Made by a program: the position numbers and the translations under genes
Origin: Octopus sinensis
Taxonomy: Eukaryota
Length of the DNA: 22,347 nucleotides
Direction: 5' to 3'
NCBI RefSeq assembly: GCF_006345805.1
Contig: NW_021836789.1
Location: 1-22,347 of the forward strand
In this document: piece after piece, positions 10,322 to 21,052 of the stretch
Layout of the letters: the number at the start of each line of letters is the position of its first letter
Numbering within the stretch: the stretch's first letter is position 1
The notes under the pieces: generated by a model
What the model saw: the letters and a program-made list of their open reading frames with translations, nothing else
Database searches by the model: none
What the model was told of the DNA's origin: nothing

Positions 10322-12180
10322 ACGCGGACCCATCGAACAGCTTTGATCCCCTCGTTTCTTAGAGCACGCGCCTTAGCTCTGACAATGCAACTTTCATGTC
10401 TCGCATTGAAGAACTAGTCTAATGCATTCTCGCTGCTAGCACGTCGGTTCTAATGCCACTATAAATAGTCTTGTCTAGTTGAACTATTAACCACTCCTCC
10501 TTTCTGTTTCACTAACTCTACTTCTTTGCTAAAACCTATCCATATTACTCTAATATCTCTTTTGAGAGCTGCCCACCACCCGTTGTTGACGACCTATCAA
10601 GTTTGTTCCTTCTCGAGCCACGCCCGGCTCATTAGGGCCGGTTTCCCGGTTTCCTTGGCGTATAGGTTCCCCACCTGGACGGGACGCCGGTCCCTCGCAG
10701 GTGAGCTGCAAGATGCAGGAGGAAAGAGTGAGAGAAAGTTGTGGCGAAAGAGTCAGCAGAAGTTCGCCATTACCTTCTGCCAGAGCCGCGTGGAGCTTAG
10801 GTGTTTCGCTCATAAATATACACACTGCCCGGTCTGAGATTCGTACCCGCGATCCCTCGACCGCGAGTCCGCTGCTCTAACCACTAGGCCATGTGCCTCC
10901 ACTGTCAAGTACTTAACTAAATTGTTGACCCGATCCTTGTAAGCCTTACGTGCCCGAAAAGACATGTTCAGCTCCTAATCCCGGGTCCTAACCTAGATCG
11001 ATCGTACAGATTACAAACTTATGATCTGAATAAGGTGACCATTTTAAAAAATGGACATCCTACACTATTACTATCTATTTTCCTAATGAAAACCCTATCT
11101 ATAAACGATCTAGATTACCCTAAGCGGATGGTCCAGGTCAACACTGGCGCATTAGGAAAATCCCGTCGGTACCTGTCAGACAGTTGGAACTGGCTGATCA
11201 GATGCTTCAGGCTTTTGCACCCTACTCTTCTATCAGCTACTCCCACACAATCCAAACTTTGGTCCAAGATTCCGTTCCAGTCCCCCACTAACAGTAAAGA
11301 GCGAGGCGTACCTAGAAAGGTTTCGAGACGCGTAAAGAAATCCGGCCGTGTGGCTCCGGTCGGGGTGTAGATGTCCACCAGTCTAAGGACATGACCTTCA
11401 CTATTGCTCACGTCCAGGACCATCAGCTTCCGGTCCAGGTTCCAGAAGATCGAACTTACCTCAAGATCCAGTTCTTTCATATACAGCACTGCCACTCCAC
11501 CGGCCGACTAACATGCAAAGATATGATAGTCGTCAAACATGGTGCTGTATTGTTTGCCCCTCTATATGCACTTGTTGTCATCTCTGATGCATCTCAGCAC
11601 CGCTTCAATATCTGCTTGGGCTATTAAAGCCGTTCTTTTCGTCTCTGCTGAGATGCATCTGAAAAGCACCATTCTTTTTCCCACTGCTTCAAGTGCCTCT
11701 GATGGAATAGTCAAGTTGTCTCAGGTTTCATCTTATTTAATCAGTTTCCATGCCTGGTTCAACATTTCATCTCTATTTGGGAAGTCCGCGGCGAAGCATT
11801 GCTTTTTTGTTTTTTGTCGCTCCTGCTGCGGCGAACGGGTTTTGTTGTTCTAATTGTCAAGAATGTTGGTAATGCTCTCGTTGTTGTCATTGTTGTTGCT
11901 GTCGTTGCTGCTGCTGCTGCTGCTGCTGCTACAGTTGTTGTTGTTGCTACCACTACTACCAGTGCTGCTACGACTGTTGCCGTTACTGCCACTACTGCTG
12001 TTAACTACGAGGTAGACTTTGTACTCTTGCGGTTCCGTTTTTCTTCTCCCTATCTTCTGTATTGTTGCCAGTAACGGAGGGAAGGGGAGGGAAACCGTCA
12101 GCAGTCACCAGATTCGTGACAGAGGCCGTCTGCTTTTCTCTCAACCCTTTCAAGACGCGCTCCAACATCACGTTGAGTTG
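10315..12180 (-). mobile_element. Decayed L1/Tx1-group non-LTR retrotransposon (ORF1 end, APE endonuclease and linker), 3'-truncated and interrupted by a SINE
   Basis: ORF 11115-11495: GGVAVL...LRLVDIYTP...LLLVGDWNGILD...LSDRYR...TW, then SRSFIDRVF and DHKFV; these are the conserved APE motifs GDxN, IDxxF, DH. It continues past the SINE as VVNNGWWAALKRDI...HESCIVRAKARALRNEG. The 5' limit (11750-12180, with a GCT/GTT repeat) is less certain. Confidence 0.8.
10603..10902 (-). mobile_element. tRNA-derived SINE, family C (~300 bp; OR2-like as recalled), inserted in the L1/Tx1 fragment
   Basis: Head GTGGAGGCACATGGCCTAGTGGTTAGAGCAGCGGACTCGCGG...GGGTACGAATCTC is shared with 21613-22007, but the 3' tail differs. 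Imperfect 8-bp TSD TATCAAGT (10595-10602) / TGTCAAGT (10903-10910). Confidence 0.85.
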
Positions 12181-12407
12181 TGTTTCACTAAATTAAATTA
12201 AACGCCCACCGAACTTATTTAGTGGACCGAATATAGCCCCTCGAGGGGCCTAAAGAACCACATAAACCTAGAAACAGGTTCCTTGTGTATCTATTGACAA
12301 GTTGGAATTTAAAAAATAATACAAAAAAGCACCAAACCTGTGTAAAAAAAAGTTTTAAACTGCACCAACCCGAAGCGTTTCAAAACACATCCTATGTATT
12401 CCGCGTG

Positions 12408-12417
12408 AATAATAATA

Positions 12418-12469
<52 letters not shown>

Positions 12470-12677
12470 GATGATAATAATGATAATGATGATAATAATA
12501 ATAATAATATATACTAATAATAATGATAATGATATAATAATAATAATAATAATAATAAAAAATATATAATAACAATATAATAATAATAATGATGATGATG
12601 ATGATAATGATAATGATGATAATAATAATAATAATAATAATATAATAATGATAATGATAATGATAATAACATAATGA

Positions 12678-12752
<75 letters not shown>
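12408..12752. repeat. (AAT)n/(GAT)n microsatellite
   Basis: Directly visible. Confidence 0.97.
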
Positions 12753-13040
12753 GGGGAATAATATATAATAATTGTGCGGTGTGCTTTATATAGTTATGCT
12801 TTGAAATAACTATATCTAGTCCTCTATCTATGCATCTAGCTATGTACCTGTATCTATCTATCTATGAATGTTAATGCATGTTTAGACACACACACATATA
12901 TATATGTATAGAGATGTATGTATGTATGCACGAACGCACATACACACTCACACGTACATATGTGTGTATATATATATATACGTATATATGTATGTATATA
13001 TATATATATGCTTATATATGTATATATATATATATATATA

Positions 13041-14689
13041 CTCTCCCATTCCCTTTTTCGTCCTTTTTCCCTCACTTAACTTGTCTCTTCCTCTCTCTCT
13101 CATTCTTCATTCTCTCTCTCCCCCTCACCATTCTTCATGGTCTCCTCGCACCATTCCCCTTCTTCTCTCTCTTCCTCTTGCTCCTCCTCCCCCATTCCCG
13201 TCGTCCATCTGCGACGATACTTCCGTCGTAACTGCTATCCTGTCTTTTCTCGCCCGCCTTCTAAGGCCACTGGTCGACATTCTTTCTCTCTCGTCGTCCA
13301 CTATAATCCAGCGTTTGCATACTTTTTTCGTCTGGCGTAAACAGCCCTTCTTATCTTGTTCTCCTTGTCCTGTCTCTCACTGTTATATATTTAATTTTCA
13401 ACTGTTTTATATATAATTTGTTTACTGTTTATATGTTTGTACTGTCGTTACCGTCTTGCTTTTTTTTACCATTTTTTACCCCTCTGCGAAAAGATCTCAG
13501 AATTTTAATTGATTTGCTTTTCGCAGGAAGGAAGTTTCTTCGAAGTATACGTCTCGCTTTTATCCTTCGAACGTAGAGTAGATGAAACCTTACGACTGAA
13601 GAAGGGGATTTTTCGTTGTGGCTTTTGTCCTGTATCTCTTTTTTTCTCTTTTTCTTTGTCCTGTTCCTTGGTTTGTGTCTATGTTTTTCGTCTCTCTATG
13701 TGTTCGACGTCTTTTTGGTCCCTGTACACATATATGCGTGTATATGTACATGTAGAGGTAGGTACGTACATATATGTTTATATATATGCATATGTTCTAT
13801 TTTATTAACATATTATACTACTAAAACGCACTCACCCTATTAAGTAAGATTGTTCTGTTTATCAATTTAGCCTTGATATTAACTGTCACGCGACTCTGCA
13901 TCTTTCTTTCTTTCTCTCCCCCATTCCCTTTTTTGTCCTTTTTCCCTCACTTAACTTGTCTCTTCCTCTCTCTCTCATTCTTCATTCTCTCTCTCTCCCC
14001 TCACCATTCTTCATGGTCTCCTCGCACCATTCCCCTTCTTCTCTCTCTTCCTCTTGCTCCTCCTCCCCCATTCCCGTCGTCCATCTGCGACGATACTTCC
14101 GTCGTAACTGCTATCCTGTCTTTTCTCGCCCGCCTTCTAAGGCCACTGGTCGACATTCTTCTCTCTCGTCGTCCACTATAATCCAGCGTTTGCATTACTT
14201 TTTTCGTCTGGCGAAACAGCCCTTCTTATCTTGTTCTCCTTGTCCTGTCTCTCACTGTTATATATTTATTTTTCAACTGTTTATATATAATTTTTTTTTT
14301 TACTGTTTATATGTTTGTACTGTCGTTACCGTCTTGCTTTTTTTTACCATTTTTTACCCCTCTGCGAAAAGATCTCAGAATTTTAATTGATTTGCTTTTC
14401 GCAGGAAGGAAGTTTCTTCGAAGTATACGTCTCGCTTTTATCCTTCGAAACGTAGAGTAGATGAAACCTTAGCGACTGAAGAAGGGGATTTTTCGTTGTG
14501 CTTATTGTCCTGTATCTCTTTTTTTCTCTTTTGCTTGTCCTGTTCCTTGGTTTGTGTCTATGTTTTTCGTCTCTCTATGTGTTCGACGTCTTTTTGGTGT
14601 CCTGTACACATATATGCGTGTATATGTACATGTAGAGGTAGGTACGTACATATATGTTTATATATATGCATATGTTCTATTTTATCAAC

Positions 14690-14693
<4 letters not shown>
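13041..14693 (+). repeat. ~775-bp direct duplication (13041-13813 and 13914-14693) with a ~100-bp unique spacer
   Basis: The copies align end to end by eye, with roughly a dozen differences, mostly 1-nt indels in homopolymer or CT runs. Confidence 0.93.
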
Positions 14694-14723
<30 letters not shown>

Positions 14724-14734
14724 GTATATATGTA

Positions 14735-14772
<38 letters not shown>

Positions 14773-14790
14773 GTATATATGTATATATAC

Positions 14791-14823
<33 letters not shown>

Positions 14824-15481
14824 GTACGTAGGTTGTATGCATGTATATAGATATATTATATATATGTATATATATATACATATACATATATATTATATAT
14901 ATGTATATATATATACTACCATATATATAGGCGTGTGTATATATATGTATATATATATGCACGCACACGCACACACACATGCATGTATCTACTTTTCTTT
15001 CAAATTTTATCCATGTTTGTGTGCGTGAATGCGCATGCTGCGAATCGCTATGCTGCCGTATTAAACACATGTACTATTCCGAGACATTTTTTCCTATAAA
15101 CATTAACATTCTTTGATGTCATACTAATCTCTCAAGCAACGTATTAATTTTTATATACTTGGTTTTGGTTTTTGTTGTCACATTTTTACTTTCTCATGCA
15201 ACCCCTCCACACCACACACGACTCCACACACACACACTCACACACACGCGCGCGCGCATGCATAGATGTTCTGCACACATGGCCACACACGTTTGAACAT
15301 CCAAATAATCACAAGACACATATGTGTATATATACATGTGTATTCATCCATTTATGGCATATCTTTTATTAATCATCACACATAGATATTTGTGCACAAA
15401 ATTTACGTAATACATACAGCACTTAGAAATATACCTGTAAGGAACTGAAGTGATTCAAAATGGTAATATGAAATGTCTGTG

Positions 15482-15837
15482 GGCGCAGAAGTGGCTGTGT
15501 GGTGGTAAGTAGCTTGCTTACCAAGCACATGGTTCCGGGTTCATTCCCATCGCGTGGCATCCTTCGGCAAGTGTCTTCTACTATAGCCTCGGGCCGACCA
15601 CAGCTTTGTGAGTGGATTTGGTAGACGGAAACTGAAAGAAGCCCGTCGTGTGTGTGTGTGTGTGTGCGTGTGTGCGTGTGTGTATATGTGTGTTTGAGTT
15701 TGTTTCGCCACCATCACTTGACGACCGATGTTGGTGCGTTTATGACCCCGTACTGTAGCGGTTCGGCAAAAGAGCGCGATAGGATAAGTACTAGGCTTAC
15801 AAAGAATAAGTCCTGGGGTCGATTTGCTCGACTAAAG
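15482..15837 (+). mobile_element. tRNA-derived SINE, family A, 3'-truncated
   Basis: GGCGCAGAAGTGGCTGTGTGG...GGGTTCATTCCC head. The body matches the reverse complement of 9483-9887 up to GACTAAAG. Confidence 0.9.
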
Positions 15838-16186
15838 CCAGTACTTCATATATATGTATATATATAATTAATAATATCAGGGTAATAAAAATTTTAGAAA
15901 TTCTTTGCTACCAGTGGCCTAGCGCGTAGAAAAATTAGTCAATATACACTATATATTATTCATATAAATACAGTGTACATTTAAACACGTAAGAGGTATC
16001 CGTCATAAGATTCCTGGCACGCTAGAAGGAACAGCCAAAATCCAAACCACTATTAGGGATAAAACTTCGAAGGGAATGAAAAATAAAAAACATTTACCAT
16101 CTAGCTCCTGGACCATGGTTTCTGATTTTTTTTAGCAAATTATTTTATCATTTTATTCGCAAATATACACACATACGTATATATAT

Positions 16187-16348
16187 ACGACGGGCTTCTT
16201 TCGGTTTTCCTCTATCAAATCTACTCACAAGTCCTTGGGCGCCACGAGGCTTTAGTAGAAGACATTTGCCCTGTGTGCCACGCAGTGGGACTGAATCCCC
16301 GAACCATGTGGTTGAGAAGCAAATTTCCTAACACTCAGCCACACCTAT
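16187..16348 (-). mobile_element. 5' half of a family A SINE (diverged)
   Basis: ACGACGGGCTTCTTTCGG...CACGCAGTGGGACTGAATCCCCGAACCATGTGG...CAGCCAC matches the corresponding part of 9738-9887. Confidence 0.85.
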
Positions 16349-16381
16349 ACACACACAGCCACACACACATATATATGTATA

Positions 16382-16420
<39 letters not shown>

Positions 16421-16421
<1 letters not shown>

Positions 16422-16640
16422 GTAAATCCCCCCAAAAAAACGAAGAGCTAACACAAGAAAACAACAGTGCGACGGCGTGGTACATGTAAAGTATTAATAA
16501 GACGCTCAAGGAAGGAAAGAAAGGTTGTTTTAACGTTCGAGCAAAAACTCTTCTTCAGAAACAGAAGACAGAGAGGAAAGACCAAGAGAAAAGGAAGACG
16601 GAGGAAAAATAAACGCCAGCGATTCACATGCGGTTACATT
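16421..16640 (-). mobile_element. Penelope-like terminal-repeat remnant, same family as 4201-4440
   Basis: By-eye similarity to 4201-4440, and it carries a hammerhead-like core. Confidence 0.5.
16527..16562 (-). ncRNA. Degenerate minimal type I hammerhead ribozyme motif
   Basis: Minus strand reads GUUU-CUGAAGA-A-GAGU(UUUU)GCUC-GAAC-GUU-AAAAC. CUGANGA is canonical, but one A is missing from GAAA. Confidence 0.45.
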
Positions 16641-16779
16641 CTGCATATACATGTGTGTGTGTGCGTGTATGTATATGTATATGTATGTATGTATGCATGT
16701 ATGTATGTATGTATGCATGTATGTATGTATGTGGGCTCCGTGTGAGCAGTCATCTAATACTTTTTTGTGCATCTTGATG

Positions 16780-16897
16780 TTGACATAAGTTCCTTGCTTT
16801 TCCTGATGAGAAAGCTGCATAATATACTCCTTATTCCTTCGCAATTAGGAATATGCAGCCTTCGAAACATATGTCGAAAATAAAGGAATTTTGTTAA
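16780..16897 (+). ncRNA. Type I hammerhead ribozyme with intact core; predicted cleavage after C16875
   Basis: CUGAUGA at 16803-16809. Stem II GAAaGCUGCAUA (16810-16821) pairs with UAUGCAGCcUUC (16852-16863), 11 of 12 pairs. GAAA at 16864-16867. Stem III is the palindrome ACAUAUGU, followed by C17 (GUC 16873-16875). Stem I 16780-16802 pairs with 16876-16897 apart from a 2x2 internal loop and one bulge. Confidence 0.85.
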
Positions 16898-16928
16898 TTC
16901 GTCGTTCAACTCCATTCTTTCATATATT

Positions 16929-16929
<1 letters not shown>

Positions 16930-16960
<31 letters not shown>

Positions 16961-17000
16961 TGTATGTATGTATGTATGTATGTATGTATGTATGTGTATA
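16930..17000. repeat. (TATG)n microsatellite
   Basis: Directly visible. Confidence 0.95.
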
Positions 17001-17469
17001 TGCACACACATACACACACACACATATATGCATCTGTGTATCTAAGAGTATCGGTGTTTGTTCGTATGCGCTTGTGTGTCAGATAAGGAAATTATTGCTG
17101 GTGATTAGTCACCAAACGCGCTGTTCTATTTTTTTTCTGCTATAATAAATTATTTATTTCATGACTGAGAAAATTAAGTTAGTGACCCTGCTTGGGAATG
17201 TCGCAGCTACAACAGCGTTATCAACTGATTAACACCTTCGTTGCTCACGAAATTTCCTTCTGCCTACGCAACCCTCTTTTTCTTTCTCTCTCCCCTTGAG
17301 TATATCTGTGAGTGTGTGTGTGTGAGTGAGTGTCTGTGTGTGTATTCGAGTGTGTATGCATATGTGTATGAGTGGGTGTATACACACCGTATTTAATTAG
17401 TGTGAAACAACATATTATACACTATATTTAGTGGTGTTGTGTGTATATTATATACATGCTTATGTAAGT

Positions 17470-17478
17470 ATATGTCTG

Positions 17479-17522
<44 letters not shown>

Positions 17523-17598
17523 GTCTTGGCACGTTTATGTATAGAAGTGGATGTATATATACATATAGATATATATATACATATGTATATATCTCTAC

Positions 17599-17633
<35 letters not shown>

Positions 17634-17805
17634 ATATACGGTAATTCAATTAACGAGACGCATGCAGTATATATATATATATATATATGCATATATATAT
17701 ATTCTAAGCATATATACATATGCTCATGCATATACCGTACATTCATACATGGATATATACATATGCACACAGGCACATGCATGTATGTATATGAATATAT
17801 ATATA

Positions 17806-17842
<37 letters not shown>
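17470..17842. repeat. (TA)n-rich microsatellite block
   Basis: Directly visible. Confidence 0.9.
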
Positions 17843-17844
<2 letters not shown>

Positions 17845-19002
17845 CCCTTATCATACCCTATCCTCACCAACACAATATCATTAAAAAGCACCACTACTAA
17901 TACAACTCTCCGTTACTACCACCAAGATGAATGCTATCAGGACCAATGCTAATGCCAACAATGCCAACGCCATCACTTTAGCCATCACCTTGATCATCAC
18001 CATGAACACCGCCTCCACCGAGAGCTACACAACAGCATTGACACATATAATATCTATGAGTCTTTTTGCGTCGAGCGTACGTAACCAAACGCTCAAAGTT
18101 CATGCTTGATTGAAAAGACGGCCATGCGAAATTGGTTTCATTTCTCTGTGGAATGGTAAAGTCGTTATTAACGGATAAACCGAGACAAGTAGGAAGTGTC
18201 AAAGCAATTCTATCGTCACCTTTTGAATCTGTTTCTTTAAATCTTTCTTTCATTTTTAGTAGAGGTCGTATCGTGGATTGTCGTGTGTTATTTTTCCTTC
18301 TTCTGCTGGTTGCAGAACTGTGTGTGGAACAAGTTTTGGAGCGTTTCGCCTGAAATGCTTTATTATACGAATTATCGAAACGGTCTCTACTTTAATTTTC
18401 CTAGTTCAAATCCTACCAACAGCGGTTGTACTCTTTAATATAATCCTGGTCCTTGATCCTTTGCATCGTTTTGAAGTTTGACATTGTTATAATTGTCGTT
18501 ATTGTTGATGTTGTTTATTTTAGATTTTTTTCTCTTTTTCTGTTAATTAAGGAAAATAAGAGTCTTTCAACCGACATAGAAACACAGCAATACTGAGATT
18601 TTATATTTTGCATCCCCATCCCTTATTAGATTAAATACCCCATTTAATATGCCAAGGCATTCAATAACATTATGTAATAATTTGTTTTTGTTTTGGTCAG
18701 TAAGTGTTGTTTCCTATTTGCTTCTATCTAGAAACCAAAGGGAATGACTATTATTCCCTTCAAACTTTGCTCTTGTCACCTGGACATCAATATTTTAAAA
18801 TTGACCTATTTTCCATTACATTTCAGACAGATTCAGTGCTGAGTTGCTGAAGCAGAAATATCGTTATAGCAAACATTCTGCTCAATACCACAGATTTACT
18901 TGTCAGTTGCTTGACCATAACCACTTCAGCATGTCCCTTGGCTGATGTTCTTTTTGTTGTTGCTATAATAGCTGTATTTTTTTTATTATCATTGCTGTTG
19001 CG

Positions 19003-19195
19003 TAAGCATGTGGCTTAGTGGTTAGTGAGTTGGACCCTGTAAGCTAGCGGTCCGACAAAAGAGACCGATAAAATAAGTACCAAGATTTTTAAAAAATTAA
19101 CCCTGGGGTCAATATGTACGACTAAACCCATTCTTCAAAGCGGTGCTCCAGTTTGGCCGCGGTCAAGAATAACTGAAACAGGTGAAATATAAATA
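19003..19195 (+). mobile_element. Internally deleted or chimeric SINE: short A-box head joined to a family A 3' half
   Basis: GCATGTGGCTTAGTGGTTAG (A-box-like) runs directly into TAGCGGTCCGACAAAAGAGACCGAT...CCTGGGGTC...GCGGTGCTCCAG...GGTCAAGAATAACTGAAACA, the family A tail. Confidence 0.7.
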
Positions 19196-19749
19196 AAAAT
19201 AAATAAATATATATATATATATATATATATAATATCTTATATATATATGTATATGTATATATCTATATATATATATATATTAATATATATGTATGTATAT
19301 ATATATATATATATACATAAATATATATATACATATAACATACATACATATATATATATGTATGTGTGTGCGTGTGTGTATGTGTATACACACACACCCA
19401 TATACAGTTATGTGCTTTGACGCATTTTAGCTCTTATTTCTAAGAATGTGTTTCTAACACCTTAGTCATATGTGTGTGTGTGTGTGTGTGTGTATACGCA
19501 TATATCATAATTATATAAATAATTATATATGTGAATTTATTCAGGCATATACGGTGGGTTGATTATGATTGACAATTCCTAATTGCTACCTACACTTCTT
19601 AACGATAATTACGATAAGTGTGTATCTTTAATCTATGAGCTAATTAACTTTAATATCCTTTCACATAAATTAGTAAAACGATGTCCACAAATGTATACTC
19701 TGGTCCGCCCTACATTACAGTAATAGTTAAATTATTATCTTGAACATGA

Positions 19750-20007
19750 GGTGTAGGAGTGGCTGTGTGGTAAGTAGCTTGCTAACCAACCACATGGTTC
19801 CGGGTTCAGTCTCACTGCGTGGCACCTTGGGCATGTGTCTTCTACTATAGCCTCGGGCCGACCAAAGCCTTGTAAGGGGATTTGGTAGATGGAAACTGAA
19901 AGAAGCTCGTCGTATATATTTATATATATATATGTATATATATTTATATGTATGTATGTGTGTGTGTATATATGTTCGTGCTTCTGTGTTTGACAACCGA
20001 TGCTGGT
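19750..20007 (+). mobile_element. Family A SINE, 3'-truncated
   Basis: GGTGTAGGAGTGGCTGTGTGGTAAG head. It matches 15482-15740 and stops at GACAACCGATGCTGGT. Confidence 0.9.
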
Positions 20008-20010
20008 TGT

Positions 20011-20130
20011 CTCGTGGAGCTTTAGGTATTTTCGCTCAATAAACACTTACAACGCCCGGTCTGGGAATCGAAACCGCGATCCTACAACCGCGAGTCCGCT
20101 GTTCTAACCACTGGGCTATTGCGCCTCCAC
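20011..20130 (-). mobile_element. 5' 120 bp of a family B SINE (tRNA-related head)
   Basis: Near-identical to 21888-22007. Confidence 0.9.
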
Positions 20131-21052
20131 AGATGGAATTTGTAAAGCGAGTTTTAAAACATAGAATCGCTATGGGGGGGTTCACCAGAATAAAATAATA
20201 ATCAGGGGGATCGATAGATACAAAGCGGTTGGGAACCGCTATTTTATATGTCTGTATTTTTATGTATTGCAAGAAACAGCTAGGCTTTTTTTTTTCTCCA
20301 GCATTTTACATAGTTCAACGTACACAAGGGAATGTGTAAAAGGCCAAATAGGGATTTTGAAAGAAATTTCTATGAAAATTGTTTTTAAACAACCGAATAT
20401 GGTTACGGACCATCGCCAGAATAAAATAGCAATTAAAGGGGTCAATGAATAAAAAATGGTCTATATTGTAGACTGATTTAGTCCACTTAAACACAATAAT
20501 GAATTTCTACTATTTATGAAGTATTTCTTGTACAAACTGGTTTGAATCTGAACTCAGAACGCGCTAACGATTCCGCCAGCTCGCTAACTTACGTATAAAA
20601 TAAATAATATTTCCATTAGTATCCATTATTTTCCTATTTAGAAACCCCCCCCACACACACATATAATATATATATATATTATATATATATACATACATAT
20701 ACATATATATATATATAATCTATATTATTTATTATTATATATGTATTGGTTTATGTCTATATGTTTGAGTTGCATAATAGTGGTTTTATCTCTAATTCAT
20801 TATATTTATATATGTTATATATATATTATTATATATATAATATATATATATATATATAGATAATATATATATATATATAATATATGAAACAGTGACCAGG
20901 AAATATCACTTAGAGAAATGCATAATGATTATGATAAGGTTAGCAATATGAATTAGATTCCTGGAAATTCTATTAAATAAATCATCGCAAATGCAGGCAG
21001 ATAATGAGCAAAAATGTTTTGCAATGAATGACTACAGGAAAACTTTTCTTTA

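Noticed and set aside
11586-11659. 14-bp inverted repeat GATGCATCTCAGCA / TGCTGAGATGCATC
   Set aside because: No TSD, lies inside a decayed LINE, and is partly explained by the self-palindromic GATGCATC core.
12236-12249. 14-bp perfect palindrome GCCCCTCGAGGGGC
   Set aside because: Isolated, with no associated element or second copy.
13201-13300. Peptide TAILSFLARLLRPLV faintly resembling the PLE RT segment after RPIV
   Set aside because: No flanking RT motifs in any frame and the context is pyrimidine-rich low complexity; likely coincidence.
14440-14495. GAAACGTA upstream of CTGAAGA as a permuted (type II-like) hammerhead (also about 13565-13610)
   Set aside because: Stem I cannot be formed next to the core and stem II relies on G-U pairs; insufficient support.
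4201-16640. The two similar PLE-like termini as ends of one 12-kb composite element
   Set aside because: The copies are too divergent and the interior is an unrelated TE/microsatellite mixture; independent insertions are simpler.
20131-20241. GGTTGGGAACCGCTA resembling a hAT/Charlie right end
   Set aside because: No matching left TIR or TSD found in the window.
20534-20585. Short remnant resembling the head of a further octopus SINE (GCGAGCTGGCGGAATCGTTAGC, minus strand)
   Set aside because: Only about 50 bp, with no second copy in the window; recognition rests on memory alone.
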